From NCBI GenBank assembly GCA_963976765.1, contig CAXBME010000007.1, forward strand, positions 124,001-188,000: DNA of 64,000 bases. The letters are read 5' to 3'. Every line of letters begins with the position of its first letter. The first letter of the stretch is position 1. The notes beneath the pieces are model-generated. The model made no database searches, was not told where the DNA came from, and saw only the letters and a program-made list of their open reading frames with translations. The position numbers and the translations under genes were made by a program. The stretch is from an uncultured Planctomycetaceae bacterium. GTDB lineage: Bacteria > Planctomycetota > Planctomycetia > Planctomycetales > Planctomycetaceae. Positions 30,767 to 40,787 of this stretch are shown piece after piece.

Positions 30767-32386
30767 ATGAGCGACGACAAGCAAACCGGCATGCCGCTGC
30801 ACTTTCGGATTCTGATTGCTCTGGTAGTCGGAACGGTCGTTGGGGTCGCCATCAACCCTGGCGCGATCGAACTGCCGGATGAGCAGGTTCCCGCAGAACT
30901 GAAGATCGAAGCGGTCGACGGAGGGAATGGATTCGCCGTCGATGTCAAAGAATCGGGCGGGTTTGAAAGTGTGCGACGGAAGTTTCAGACGCGGGAAGCG
31001 CTCAACGTCGCCCTGCCGCAGGATGAAGCAGGCGTGACAGAGTCAGGCCTGCCGGCTGCGATGATCTCTGTCACCGAGCGAGCTGTTCACATTGCCGAAA
31101 CCGCTGGGCGGATCACGATCGAGTACACACGGAAGCACAACGGTCAGCCGGTATCGACGACCGTCAAGGCAGGGTCGACCAGCGAGTTGCCCGAGCACTG
31201 GCAAAAGATTCACGCTCAACACGGAGGGGGCTGGAAGCGAACATTGACAGCAGCGGCGAAGTATGGAGGTGATCTATTTCTTAGATTGCTCAAGATGATC
31301 ACCGTTCCGTTGATCGTTACATCATTGATCACGGGCGTCGCTGGTCTGGATAATACCAGCCGTTTCGGAGCGATGTTTGGCCGCACGCTGGCTTACTACG
31401 GCATCACCAGCATGCTGGCGATCACGACCGGGCTGATTATTGTCAACATTGTGCGACCAGGAATTGGCGCTGAACTTCCAGGCGGTACCGAGGCGGTGCT
31501 TCACGGAGGCGATGAATCGCTTACCGGTATTCTGCTTGGCCTTGTCGACAACATGATTCCGACGAACCCGATTGAGTCGCTGGTGTCGAGCAATTTTCTG
31601 TCGATCATCACGTTCAGTATTATTTTTGCCGTCTTTCTGGTTCGAACGGGTGGCGAACACGCTCGCATATTGCGTGAATTCTTCCAGGCTGCTTTCGAAG
31701 TGATGATGCGCCTGACGATGGCCATCATCTCGCTCGCTCCGTACGGTGTTTTCTGCTTCATGGTTTACGCGACCGCTTCGCAGGGGCTGGCGATCTTTGG
31801 AACGCTGGCGTGGTATATGCTTGCGGTGTTTCTCGCGTTGCTGGTACATGCGGCGATCACGCTGCCGCTGCTGGTGAAGTTTGTGGCGAAGCGATCGCCC
31901 ATTGAGTTTGCGCGAGCCATGAGCCCTGCGTTGATGACCGCTTTTTCTACCGCCTCGTCGAACGGTACATTGCCGCTGACGATGACCTGTGTTGAAGAGC
32001 GTGCGAAGGTTTCGAACAAGGTGAGTTCGTTTGTGCTGCCGCTCGGAGCGACCGTCAACATGGATGGTACGGCGTTGTACGAAGCCGTTGCCGTCTTGTT
32101 TATTGCTCAGGCCTACCGCGGCGACCTTGTCCTGGCTGATCAGATTCTTGTGGCAGTAACGGCATTACTGGCGAGTGTCGGAGCGGCCGGAATCCCTCAC
32201 GCCGGACTCGTCATGATGGCGATCGTGCTGCAGGCCGTGAATCTGCCGCTCGAAGCTCAGGGCATTATCATTGCCGTCGACCGGGTTCTCGACATGTGTC
32301 GAACGTCGGTCAACGTCTGGAGCGATTCGTGCGGCTGTGCAATTATCGCTGGGCTGGACTCATCGTCGAACGAGCCTTCTGAGTAG
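30767..32386 (+). CDS. Dicarboxylate/amino acid:cation symporter (DAACS, GltP-like)
   Basis: FLRLLKM, AFSTASSNGTLP, GATVNMDGTALYE, AVDRVLDMCRTSVNV. Confidence 0.93.
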   Translation: MSDDKQTGMPLHFRILIALVVGTVVGVAINPGAIELPDEQVPAELKIEAVDGGNGFAVDVKESGGFESVRRKFQTREALNVALPQDEAGVTESGLPAAMISVTERAVHIAETAGRITIEYTRKHNGQPVSTTVKAGSTSELPEHWQKIHAQHGGGWKRTLTAAAKYGGDLFLRLLKMITVPLIVTSLITGVAGLDNTSRFGAMFGRTLAYYGITSMLAITTGLIIVNIVRPGIGAELPGGTEAVLHGGDESLTGILLGLVDNMIPTNPIESLVSSNFLSIITFSIIFAVFLVRTGGEHARILREFFQAAFEVMMRLTMAIISLAPYGVFCFMVYATASQGLAIFGTLAWYMLAVFLALLVHAAITLPLLVKFVAKRSPIEFARAMSPALMTAFSTASSNGTLPLTMTCVEERAKVSNKVSSFVLPLGATVNMDGTALYEAVAVLFIAQAYRGDLVLADQILVAVTALLASVGAAGIPHAGLVMMAIVLQAVNLPLEAQGIIIAVDRVLDMCRTSVNVWSDSCGCAIIAGLDSSSNEPSE

Positions 32387-32400
32387 TCGGCAGTAATCAC

Positions 32401-32445
32401 AAAAGCCCTCCGGCATCAGGTATGACGCCAGAGGGCTTTTTTGTT
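32401..32445. terminator. Bidirectional intrinsic terminator
   Basis: AAAAGCCCTC...GAGGGCTTTTTT between the symporter and a convergent small ORF. Confidence 0.75.
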
Positions 32446-32472
32446 GAGTCAGGTGAGCCCGCTTTTTCAGGA

Positions 32473-32664
32473 CTATGTAGCGATGATGGTTGCCAGGGCG
32501 AAGGAAATGCAGGCGACTCCCGCAACGACAAAGCTGCGGAAAACGCCAACATGTCGACGAGTTCTGCTGACCGTATTCCGTACTTCGACCTGATCACGCA
32601 TTTGATCATTGATCCATGAAACGAAAGAAACGCTCAGCTCCATTGAGACTGCAGATGAGGTCAT
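32473..32664 (-). CDS. Possible small membrane protein (63 aa)
   Basis: GGAG 9 nt before the ATG; C-terminal hydrophobic segment; ends next to a bidirectional terminator. Confidence 0.4.
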   Translation of the reverse strand: MTSSAVSMELSVSFVSWINDQMRDQVEVRNTVSRTRRHVGVFRSFVVAGVACISFALATIIAT

Positions 32665-33121
32665 GTGAATTCACTCCGGGAAGCTGCAGGTGGGAAACCA
32701 TCACGAAAAAGTAGCCCGCTGGTGACCGCGTGATGGGAGAGGAATCGGGTTGAGCAACTGACAGCCAGTTGCCTGGCACCGCCAGCTCAACGCTGACAGT
32801 ACCATCGGCAAACGAGGTAGAGAGAGTCGAGGCTTCCGAAATCGAACTCTGGAGAAGCTACCGGTTGTCTGCACGAAAAGACTATACCCCGGAATTGACT
32901 CATTGGTTGGAATAGTCAGCCTGGTAAAGCTGAGAATTCTATCATCGATCCGTTGTCGATTCCGGCTGTAACCATCGCGCCGGCGGCAGTGGGCGACAGG
33001 AAATCGTTGCTGTCTGGCTGTAGAATTTCGATCGATTGATTGAAGCCGAGCGGTGGGCTGTGGCCTTCCTTTTGAAACCGTTCGATCTGAACCTGCTGCC
33101 CAAACGAAAAAGCGGAATACG

Positions 33122-33784
33122 ATGATTATTACGATCGATGGCCCGGCAGGAGCTGGTAAGAGCACTGCGGCGAGGATGCTGGCTGAACGGCTCGGCTTTG
33201 AATTCCTGGACACAGGTGCGATGTATCGAGCTGTCGCCTGGGCCTGTGTTGATCGCAACATTGATCTCAAGGATGCCGCCGCCGTCGCTGAAACTGCGGC
33301 TGGGATTTCGATTCAGTTCGAGGAAGATCGGATCATCTGCAACGGCCAGGATGTCAGTACTGAAATTCGTTCGGGAGAGGCCGGTCATGCAGCATCGATT
33401 GTTGCGGCCGTGCCTGCCGTACGTCTCGAAATGGTACGTTTGCAACGCGAGTCCGCCGCCGGGCACAACTACGTGACTGAAGGTCGTGATCAGGGCAGCG
33501 AAGTTTTTCCTGACTCGGTATGTAAGTTCTTTCTAACGGCGGATCCACAGGAGCGAGCTGAACGACGATTGCTGGAACTTCAGAATCGCGGGCAGGCAGG
33601 GTCGATCGAGGAAGTTCTAACACAGATCGTTGATCGCGATGAGCGAGACCGTTCACGAGCTATCGGCCCGCTGGTGAAGGCAGAGGATGCTGTCGAAGTC
33701 GACACTTCCGGAAAGACGATCGAGCAGGTCGTGGATTTCCTGGAGCGAACATCGCGCGAGCGGCTTTCGCTGTTGAGACTGTGA
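33122..33784 (+). CDS. cmk: Cytidylate kinase
   Basis: ITIDGPAGAGKST, LDTGAMYRA, EGRD, RDERDRSR. Confidence 0.96.
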   Translation: MIITIDGPAGAGKSTAARMLAERLGFEFLDTGAMYRAVAWACVDRNIDLKDAAAVAETAAGISIQFEEDRIICNGQDVSTEIRSGEAGHAASIVAAVPAVRLEMVRLQRESAAGHNYVTEGRDQGSEVFPDSVCKFFLTADPQERAERRLLELQNRGQAGSIEEVLTQIVDRDERDRSRAIGPLVKAEDAVEVDTSGKTIEQVVDFLERTSRERLSLLRL

Positions 33785-34100
33785 AACCCTGTGACAGCAT
33801 GACCACAGGCAGGGACAGGACCGCTGGTAGGATGTATGGCCGCCACCACCGCCGGAGCAATCGGCATAACCGGTAAGGTCGTGTCGGATTGGATTCTCCG
33901 GTTTTACTGATCCGACCGTTCCGGCAATCTCTCGGCAATATCGGACGACTCTACTTTAATCGTCTGCGGCTTCGGTCGATCTGAAGAGACAGGACTCTCT
34001 GCCGACAACCGGCGGAGCAAACGACGGCGACCGTCACCTGGCGTCAGTAGGGACTACGACGCTGACGCGTTCGGGTCGAGCCAATCAGGGAAGATCTTTC

Positions 34101-36650
34101 ATGCGTCCGTTGAGTGAGATGCTTGCGCGAAGCCGCCGACGTCGTCGAGTCAGACGGTGTTCTTCAGATCGACGTGTCTCAACGGAAACTCTGGAACGCC
34201 GCATCCTCTTGACGTTTGATCCAAGTCCGCTCGAACAGGAAATGCTTGAGCTGCTGAATCGGTTTCGGGATAACCCTCAGGCTGAACTGGACAAGCTATT
34301 GTCGAGTCATCCGAGTCCGTTGACGGCTCGTGATGCAGACGTCCAGGCGGCATTGGATTTCTTCAGTGTAAATGGGGCCGCGCTGGAGTCTCAGTTTTCA
34401 GGTTTAAGCCCGGCGCCGCCGCTTGCCTGGAACGAGGCACTGACCGATGCGGCCGAGAATCACAACGATCTGATGATCCAGTTCGATCTACAGTCACATC
34501 AACTGCCAGGCGAGGCTGGGCTGCTGGATCGAGATGTGGCTGCCGGCTACGACTGGCAGTTTTCAGTACGGGTGGGTGAGAACATTTTTGCTTATTCGCA
34601 GTCGGTTATTTACGGGCATGCGGCCTTTGTTATTGACTGGGGATTTGGGCCGAATGGAATTCAGGATCCGGCCGGGCATCGCATCAACATGCTCGACCAG
34701 GGATTTCAGGAAGTCGGGATCTCGATCGTTGAGGAAGCAGATCCGTCGACGCTTGTTGGGCCGCTGGTGATTTCGCAGGAGTTCGGTCGTCGCGGCAATT
34801 ATGGAAATCCAGCCGTCGTCGGTGTTGTCTTTGACGATCTGAATGCCGACGGTTTCTACAACGCGGGAGAAGGTCTCTCCGGAGTCACCGTTGAGTTATC
34901 CGGTACGAATGGGACGTTTACGACGACGACGCTCAGCGCCGGCGGCTATCAGGTCAAAGTGCCCAGTGGAGCTTATACAGCGACAGCATCGGGAGGTGCT
35001 CTTGGCGGTGAGATTCGCGAATTCAACGTGATGGTGGGCGGCAGCAACGTCAAGGTGGACTTCGATGCTGCCGGCGCCGTCGATGTGCCGACTCACACAA
35101 TCGATCTGGCCGACGGATCGTCTCACGTCGTCGTTATTCAGGACGACGGGGTTGCAGGAAACGGAGTCAGCCGGGTCATTATTGATGGTGTCGCTTCCGT
35201 ATTTTCAGTTCCCACGACGACGATCATCATCAACGGCGGTGATCAGGGGGATTCCATTTCCGTGACCGGCGTGGACAGCTCGTTCACCGGTTCAATCGTC
35301 ATCAATGGAAACTCGGGCAACGATGTGATTGATGCGTCGGCCATCAATCTCTCGACCAGTCTGATTGGCGGGTTCGGTGATGACGTGCTGATCGGCGGCG
35401 CGGCCTCCGACCTGCTGAACGGTGGCGCGGGCGACGATACGGTTACAGGCAATGAAGGAAATGACACGATCACCGGCGGGTCGGGACGGGATTCGCTCGA
35501 TGGCGGAGCTGGTGACGATACCGTGTCCGGTCAGGGCAGCAGCGGCGATGTGCTGACTGGCGGAAGCGGCAACGATCGGATCGACGGCGGTGCGGGGATC
35601 GACACGGTTTTCGAAACTGCCGATACGAATTTCACACTCACTGCGACGTCGCTGGCGGGGCTCGGATCCGACACGCTTGTCAGTGTGGAGCGAGCGATTC
35701 TGGTCGGCGGCTCCAGCAACAACACGATCGACGCCAGCATGTTTACGGGTGTGGGCATCGAGGGGGTGCTGCTGCTGGGTGACGACGGCGATGACGTGCT
35801 GATTGGTTCGCCGCACATCGACCAGTTAAATGGCTCGGCCGGCAATGACACACTACTGGGGGGGGACAGCCGCGACACACTGCGTGGCGGAAGTGGTGCC
35901 GACGTTCTGAATGGCGGAGGTGGTAATGATCTGGTCGTAGGGCAGGGCGGTTCGGGCGATGTCCTGACCGGGGGCACTGGAGACGACACTCTGAATGGTG
36001 GAGCAGGGACAGATTTTCTGGTCGAACAGGGTGATACCGACTTCACACTGACGAACACAACTTTGACCGGCCTGGGCACCGACAGCCTGACCGCTCTCGA
36101 AGTCTTTCGTTTGACCGGTGGCGAGTCAGCCAACTCGATCGATGCGTCAGCTTTTTCATTGGCCGGTGCCATGCTGATCATCAGTGGCGAAGGTGGTGAC
36201 GACGTCATTGTTGGATCGATGGGCAACGACACAATCATCGGCGGCGCCGGTAATGACAGCCTCCGAGGCGGAACCGGCAATGATGTTCTCGACGGTGGAA
36301 CCGGCAACGACACGTTGAACGGTGGAGCTGGCGACGACTCACTCATTGGTGGCGATGGTGCCGACGGACTTTCAGGTTTTACCGGCAACGATTTTCTGAA
36401 TGGAAATTCGGACGACGACACACTCTTCGGCGGTGACGGGAACGATACCCTGCTGGGGGCCGCTGGTAACGATACGGCCATCGGCGGAAACGGTATCGAC
36501 GTTGTCAATGGGCAGGGCGGGACGGACGTGCTCGCTGGCGGCAGCGGAGCGAACGATCCTGATCCTGCCGATCTGGTTCTCGGAGTCCCTGATGAAATCG
36601 ACGAAGCGTTTCAACTGAACCCGTTTCCAGGCTGGGTCGACAATGTGTAG
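34101..36650 (+). CDS. Large secreted protein: LEPR-XLL-type N-terminus, CAP/SCP domain, Ig-like domain and RTX-type Ca-binding repeats
   Basis: ETLERRILLT; PLAWNEAL...GENI...GHRINML...EVGI; many GGxGxD nonapeptides. Confidence 0.85.
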   Translation: MRPLSEMLARSRRRRRVRRCSSDRRVSTETLERRILLTFDPSPLEQEMLELLNRFRDNPQAELDKLLSSHPSPLTARDADVQAALDFFSVNGAALESQFSGLSPAPPLAWNEALTDAAENHNDLMIQFDLQSHQLPGEAGLLDRDVAAGYDWQFSVRVGENIFAYSQSVIYGHAAFVIDWGFGPNGIQDPAGHRINMLDQGFQEVGISIVEEADPSTLVGPLVISQEFGRRGNYGNPAVVGVVFDDLNADGFYNAGEGLSGVTVELSGTNGTFTTTTLSAGGYQVKVPSGAYTATASGGALGGEIREFNVMVGGSNVKVDFDAAGAVDVPTHTIDLADGSSHVVVIQDDGVAGNGVSRVIIDGVASVFSVPTTTIIINGGDQGDSISVTGVDSSFTGSIVINGNSGNDVIDASAINLSTSLIGGFGDDVLIGGAASDLLNGGAGDDTVTGNEGNDTITGGSGRDSLDGGAGDDTVSGQGSSGDVLTGGSGNDRIDGGAGIDTVFETADTNFTLTATSLAGLGSDTLVSVERAILVGGSSNNTIDASMFTGVGIEGVLLLGDDGDDVLIGSPHIDQLNGSAGNDTLLGGDSRDTLRGGSGADVLNGGGGNDLVVGQGGSGDVLTGGTGDDTLNGGAGTDFLVEQGDTDFTLTNTTLTGLGTDSLTALEVFRLTGGESANSIDASAFSLAGAMLIISGEGGDDVIVGSMGNDTIIGGAGNDSLRGGTGNDVLDGGTGNDTLNGGAGDDSLIGGDGADGLSGFTGNDFLNGNSDDDTLFGGDGNDTLLGAAGNDTAIGGNGIDVVNGQGGTDVLAGGSGANDPDPADLVLGVPDEIDEAFQLNPFPGWVDNV

Positions 36651-36782
36651 CAGCGGCTGCGAAACTGAGCATTGCTGACAAGTCATTTCTGTCGAACAGT
36701 TTCTTCACATCGACCAGGAAAACTTCGTTTCGGCCCCACTCCTCAGCCATCGCAGGTCAGAAGCTCAGGCCCGGAAACATTC

Positions 36783-38174
36783 ATGACCACCGAGCGAATC
36801 CTCTTTGTAACCGGACGGTTTGCCGAGCAGCCACTTCGAGACCTGGTCAGTGGACTGGCCGCGAAAGTCGGATTCGTCCCCCATGTCGCCGCGACAAAGA
36901 TCAGTGTCGCGGCGTTGCTGCATGTCGACTGGCTGGCCGGACAGCTCGCGATTGACGAACCAGTTGATCGAGTCATCCTGCCAGGCTGGTGTCAGGGGGA
37001 TCTTTCGCGACTTGAGTCGCAGTTTAACGTTCCGTTTGAACTCGGACCAAAGGATCTGTTCGATCTGCCGGAACACTTCGGTTCGAGGCAGAAAGAACCA
37101 GTCGATCTGTCTCAATACTCGATTGAGATTCTCGCCGAGATCAATCACGCCCCGCGGATGACCGATCAGGAGATCGTCTCGCTGGCTGAGCATTATCGAA
37201 TCAGCGGCGCGGATGTGATCGATCTGGGGTGCATCCCCGGCGAGTCGTGGCGCCGGGTTGCCGATGTGACGAAACTGCTTGTTGATCGCGGCCTGCGGGT
37301 TTCGATCGACAGTTTCGATCGCACAGAAGTTGAAGCGGCGGTGAAGGGCGGCGCTGAACTGGTTCTTAGCTGCAATCAGTCGAACATTGACTGGGCGTCG
37401 CAGCTTGATGCCGAACTGGTGGCGATTCCTGAAGCACCATTTGAGCTGGACTCGCTTGAGCAAACGGTTCAGCAGTTGACCGACTGTGGCGCGAGTTTTC
37501 GCGTGGACCCGATTCTTGAACCGATCGGCTTTGGTTTTGCCACGTCGCTCGGAAGGTATTTCGATGCGAGGAAACGGTGGCCCGATCTCGACATCATGAT
37601 GGGCATCGGAAATCTCACGGAGCTGACGGAAGTAGATTCTGCAGGTGTGAATTTCCTGCTGGCTGGTATTTGTGAAGAGCTCGGAATTCGCAGCGTGCTG
37701 ACGACAGAGGTGATTAACTGGGCGAGATCAGCGGTTCGTGAGTTTGATCTGGTTCGAAGATTGACTCGGCACAGTGTCCAGAATCGAGCGTTGCCGAAAC
37801 ATGTCGATTCGCAGCTTGTCGCGCTGCGGGATTCAAAACTGCGAGAGCAGGGTGAAGAGGTTCTCGACACATTGGCCGGTCAGATCACTGATCCCAATTT
37901 CAGAATCTTTGCGGAACGCGGCAAAATTCACGTGATGAATCGTGACGGTTACTGGCAAGGCACTGACCCGTTCGAGCTGTTCCGTCGAGTTCGAGAAAAC
38001 GCCGAAAAGCCACTGTCGGAAGGGCACTCGTTTTATCTCGGATATGAAATCTGCAAAGCAGCCACGGCGCTGCGGCTGGGTAAGCAGTACATCCAGGACG
38101 AAGAGCTGAGCTGGGGATTTCTGTCGAGCGACGGTGCTTTGGGGGCTTCCGGTCGGCACGAGACAGCATATTGA
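36783..38174 (+). CDS. Dihydropteroate-synthase-like pterin-binding protein (Orf20-like, tetrahydromethanopterin-linked)
   Basis: ILFVTGRFAE, GADVIDLGC, SIDSF, DPILEPIGFGF, MGIGNLTELT, HSFYLGYE...YIQDE. Confidence 0.75.
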   Translation: MTTERILFVTGRFAEQPLRDLVSGLAAKVGFVPHVAATKISVAALLHVDWLAGQLAIDEPVDRVILPGWCQGDLSRLESQFNVPFELGPKDLFDLPEHFGSRQKEPVDLSQYSIEILAEINHAPRMTDQEIVSLAEHYRISGADVIDLGCIPGESWRRVADVTKLLVDRGLRVSIDSFDRTEVEAAVKGGAELVLSCNQSNIDWASQLDAELVAIPEAPFELDSLEQTVQQLTDCGASFRVDPILEPIGFGFATSLGRYFDARKRWPDLDIMMGIGNLTELTEVDSAGVNFLLAGICEELGIRSVLTTEVINWARSAVREFDLVRRLTRHSVQNRALPKHVDSQLVALRDSKLREQGEEVLDTLAGQITDPNFRIFAERGKIHVMNRDGYWQGTDPFELFRRVRENAEKPLSEGHSFYLGYEICKAATALRLGKQYIQDEELSWGFLSSDGALGASGRHETAY

Positions 38175-38502
38175 GTTCAACGTGTCAGTCAGCCTGAAAG
38201 TATTTTCTTTTCGCCGGTCGTCAATCTTTAGCAGACACGCAGAATCCTGAGGATTTCCTGCTCGAATTGCCGGTGCGAACGGTCTGCTCTGTTTTCAGTG
38301 ATTCGCATCCGATTGCTGACGATTTGAATTGTTCCCGTTGTCAGCAGAATGCCTGCCTGAACGGTACCGCTTGTTCTTCAGAAGAAACGGTCGCCGTCCA
38401 GGTAACTGGGAATCTTCGAGACCTGCTTCTGATTTTTGCTCACGAAAATCTCATTTTTATTCGTTTGAGAGATTGCGAGTCTGAGTCCGAGGCAATGCAA
38501 TC

Positions 38503-38952
38503 ATGGTTCAATCTACACTGCAGAAAAGCTCATTGATGAAGGGCAACAACTTCTGGGAAATTCGCATTCCCAGTCAGGTGTCTGATGGACGTCGAGAAGT
38601 CGACAACTTTGTAGCGAGACTTGAGGAGTGGGGTGTTTCCCATGAAGAGTCGCTCGCGTTGCGGCATAGTCTGCACGAAGCCGTCGTCAACGCCGTTCGG
38701 CATGGCAACGGTGGAGACTCAAGTCGGCATGTCCGAATCTGCTACCGGTTTCTGAACAACGACGTTTTTATCGAAGTCGAAGATGAAGGTCGCGGATTCG
38801 ATCGCTCATCCGTCGCTGATCCGACGACCGATGAAAACCGAGTTCGTCCCGGCGGTCGAGGCCTGTTGATGATGCGTCACTTTATGAACTCCGTCGAGTA
38901 CAACGATCGAGGCAACTGCGTGATGATGCGTCGAACCTGCCAGCGCAATTAG
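38503..38952 (+). CDS. Anti-sigma factor / Ser-Thr kinase, RsbW-like (HATPase)
   Basis: EAVVNAVRHGN, EDEGRGFD, GGRGLLMM, YNDRGN. Confidence 0.88.
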   Translation: MVQSTLQKSSLMKGNNFWEIRIPSQVSDGRREVDNFVARLEEWGVSHEESLALRHSLHEAVVNAVRHGNGGDSSRHVRICYRFLNNDVFIEVEDEGRGFDRSSVADPTTDENRVRPGGRGLLMMRHFMNSVEYNDRGNCVMMRRTCQRN

Positions 38953-39074
38953 CCCGAATTGTTCAGGAACGTCGGTCTGACTCTCGATTAACGTTCACAG
39001 GTTGGCGATTGGTTTGAGTTGACCTGACCAGACCTGGATTGTGGAGATCGAAGACGCCGTCGTCTGATCACCCG

Positions 39075-39312
39075 CACGCGAAGCCTGTCCGTAACAGCGA
39101 GCCGAAACGGAAACGTGTCGACCAGCACAGACACTCATAGTTTGAACGCATGCTCTTCCCGATGACGGAGTGCGAAACCGTCGCTTCGTGCAGGCCGGAG
39201 AGGTGTGTGGTTACGGGAGGGCTCTGCGTGACACGAACTCCGAGCCGATCCGACAACAGGTTTGCGATGTCGAGATCCGTCCAATCGTCGCTTCGGGTTG
39301 CCGAACGATGAT
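39075..39312 (+). ncRNA. Candidate structured RNA of unknown family
   Basis: 21-nt closing helix (19 pairs including 3 G-U) enclosing nested helices, plus two downstream hairpins. Confidence 0.45.
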
Positions 39313-39362
39313 GTTTCCAGCCACGATGGACGTCTCACAGAATTTGTTGGAGAGATTCTGCA

Positions 39363-40754
39363 ATGCTCACATTCGGCAGCAGCACCAGTCAGCGGGATTG
39401 TTCCGGTATTTGCCGCAGAGACTTCCTTCGCGCGGGCGCGTTGGGGCTGGGCGGGCTGTCGTTGCCGTGGCTGCTTCAGCAGAAAGCGAGCGCGCAAAGT
39501 ACGAACTTTGTGAAAGACCGCTCGGTCGTGTACCTGTTTCTGTCCGGCGGCGCCAGCCACATCGAGACATTCAATCCAAATATGGATGCGCCATCGCCGT
39601 ACTGCAGCGTGACGGGCGACGTGCAGACTTCCGTGCCGGGCGTTGCCTTCGGAGGAACGTTTCCGCTGCTGTCGAAGCATGCCGACAAGATGGCGGTGGT
39701 TCGATCGTTTCAGCATTCGAACGGCGGGCACGTCCAGGCCATCGTCCACATGCTTACCGGCGGCACCGATCCGACCGGCAATGGAGCACAAGGTTTCGGA
39801 ATGGGCGCGGCGTATTCGCGACTGCGAGGTTCCAATCATCCCGAAACTGGCATGCCGACCAACACGCTGCTCCTGTCGAAGGAAGTCGACCCGCAATATC
39901 ACAATGAAACCAAACGGATCGAAAAGGGCTCGCGGCCGAATTCGCTGGGCAGTTCGTACGCACCGTTCAATCCGTCCGGCGCCGGAGACGCGACGAAGAA
40001 TCTCAAACTGAATCTCGACCCGAACCGCTTCAGCGATCGTCGCAGCCTGCTGGCCGAGTTTGGGCGACTCAGACAACAGGCCGATGATCAATCGGACGTC
40101 GTCAGCACTTACACGCAGCAGGCGTACGATCTTCTGCTCGGCAGCGCGTCGGAAGCCTTCGACCTCTCGAAAGAAGATCCAAAACTTGTCGAGCGGTACG
40201 ACACCAGCGGCTATTTGATCGGCAAGAAGAAATTCCGACCATCCGATCTTGGTCAACATTTTCTGACGGCTCGGCGTCTGATCGAAGCCGGTTGCGGATT
40301 CGTCACCGTCCACAGCGCGGGATGGGACATGCACGAAGACACTAACAACCCCGGTATCGAACGCGGCATGAAGATGCTCGGCCATCCCGTCGACAAGGCG
40401 GTGTCAGCCTTCATCGAAGACCTCGAAGACCGAGGCATGCTCGACAACGTGCTGCTGGTGATCGGCGGCGACTTCGGCCGCACTCCGAAGATCAACGGGC
40501 GAGGCGGACGTGACCACTGGACCAGCCTCTGCACGCTGGCCTTCGCCGGAGGCGGCATCAACCAGGGACAGGTCATCGGCCAGGCTTCCCGCAAGAACGA
40601 CGTTCCGACCAGCGAACCGGTTGGCATCTCGCAACTCTTCGGAACAGTGATGCACTCCCTGTTCGACGTCGCCGAACTCCGCCTCAACCGCGGAGTCCCC
40701 CGCGACCTGATGAGCCTGCTCGAAACTTCAGAGCCAATCCCCGGAATCGTGTGA
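39363..40754 (+). CDS. DUF1501 family protein
   Basis: CRRDFLRAG Tat-like signal, LSGGASHIETF, GWDMH, GDFGRTPKIN, GRDHW. Confidence 0.9.
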   Translation: MLTFGSSTSQRDCSGICRRDFLRAGALGLGGLSLPWLLQQKASAQSTNFVKDRSVVYLFLSGGASHIETFNPNMDAPSPYCSVTGDVQTSVPGVAFGGTFPLLSKHADKMAVVRSFQHSNGGHVQAIVHMLTGGTDPTGNGAQGFGMGAAYSRLRGSNHPETGMPTNTLLLSKEVDPQYHNETKRIEKGSRPNSLGSSYAPFNPSGAGDATKNLKLNLDPNRFSDRRSLLAEFGRLRQQADDQSDVVSTYTQQAYDLLLGSASEAFDLSKEDPKLVERYDTSGYLIGKKKFRPSDLGQHFLTARRLIEAGCGFVTVHSAGWDMHEDTNNPGIERGMKMLGHPVDKAVSAFIEDLEDRGMLDNVLLVIGGDFGRTPKINGRGGRDHWTSLCTLAFAGGGINQGQVIGQASRKNDVPTSEPVGISQLFGTVMHSLFDVAELRLNRGVPRDLMSLLETSEPIPGIV

Positions 40755-40787
40755 GCAAGCGTCACAAAGGAAACGAAATTCGCAACG

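Noticed and set aside
32686..32705. ZTP riboswitch-like CAGGTGGGAAACCA hairpin
   Set aside because: No upstream GACTGGCG, no GGGGAGC and no downstream CGCCTGGGC element.
39160..39200. Cobalamin or lysine riboswitch assignment for the structured element
   Set aside because: The GTGCGAAA loop and the GCCGAAA and AGAGGTG words are present, but the GGGAA, CCCGCAACTGT and B12-box motifs are missing and the L-box order is wrong.
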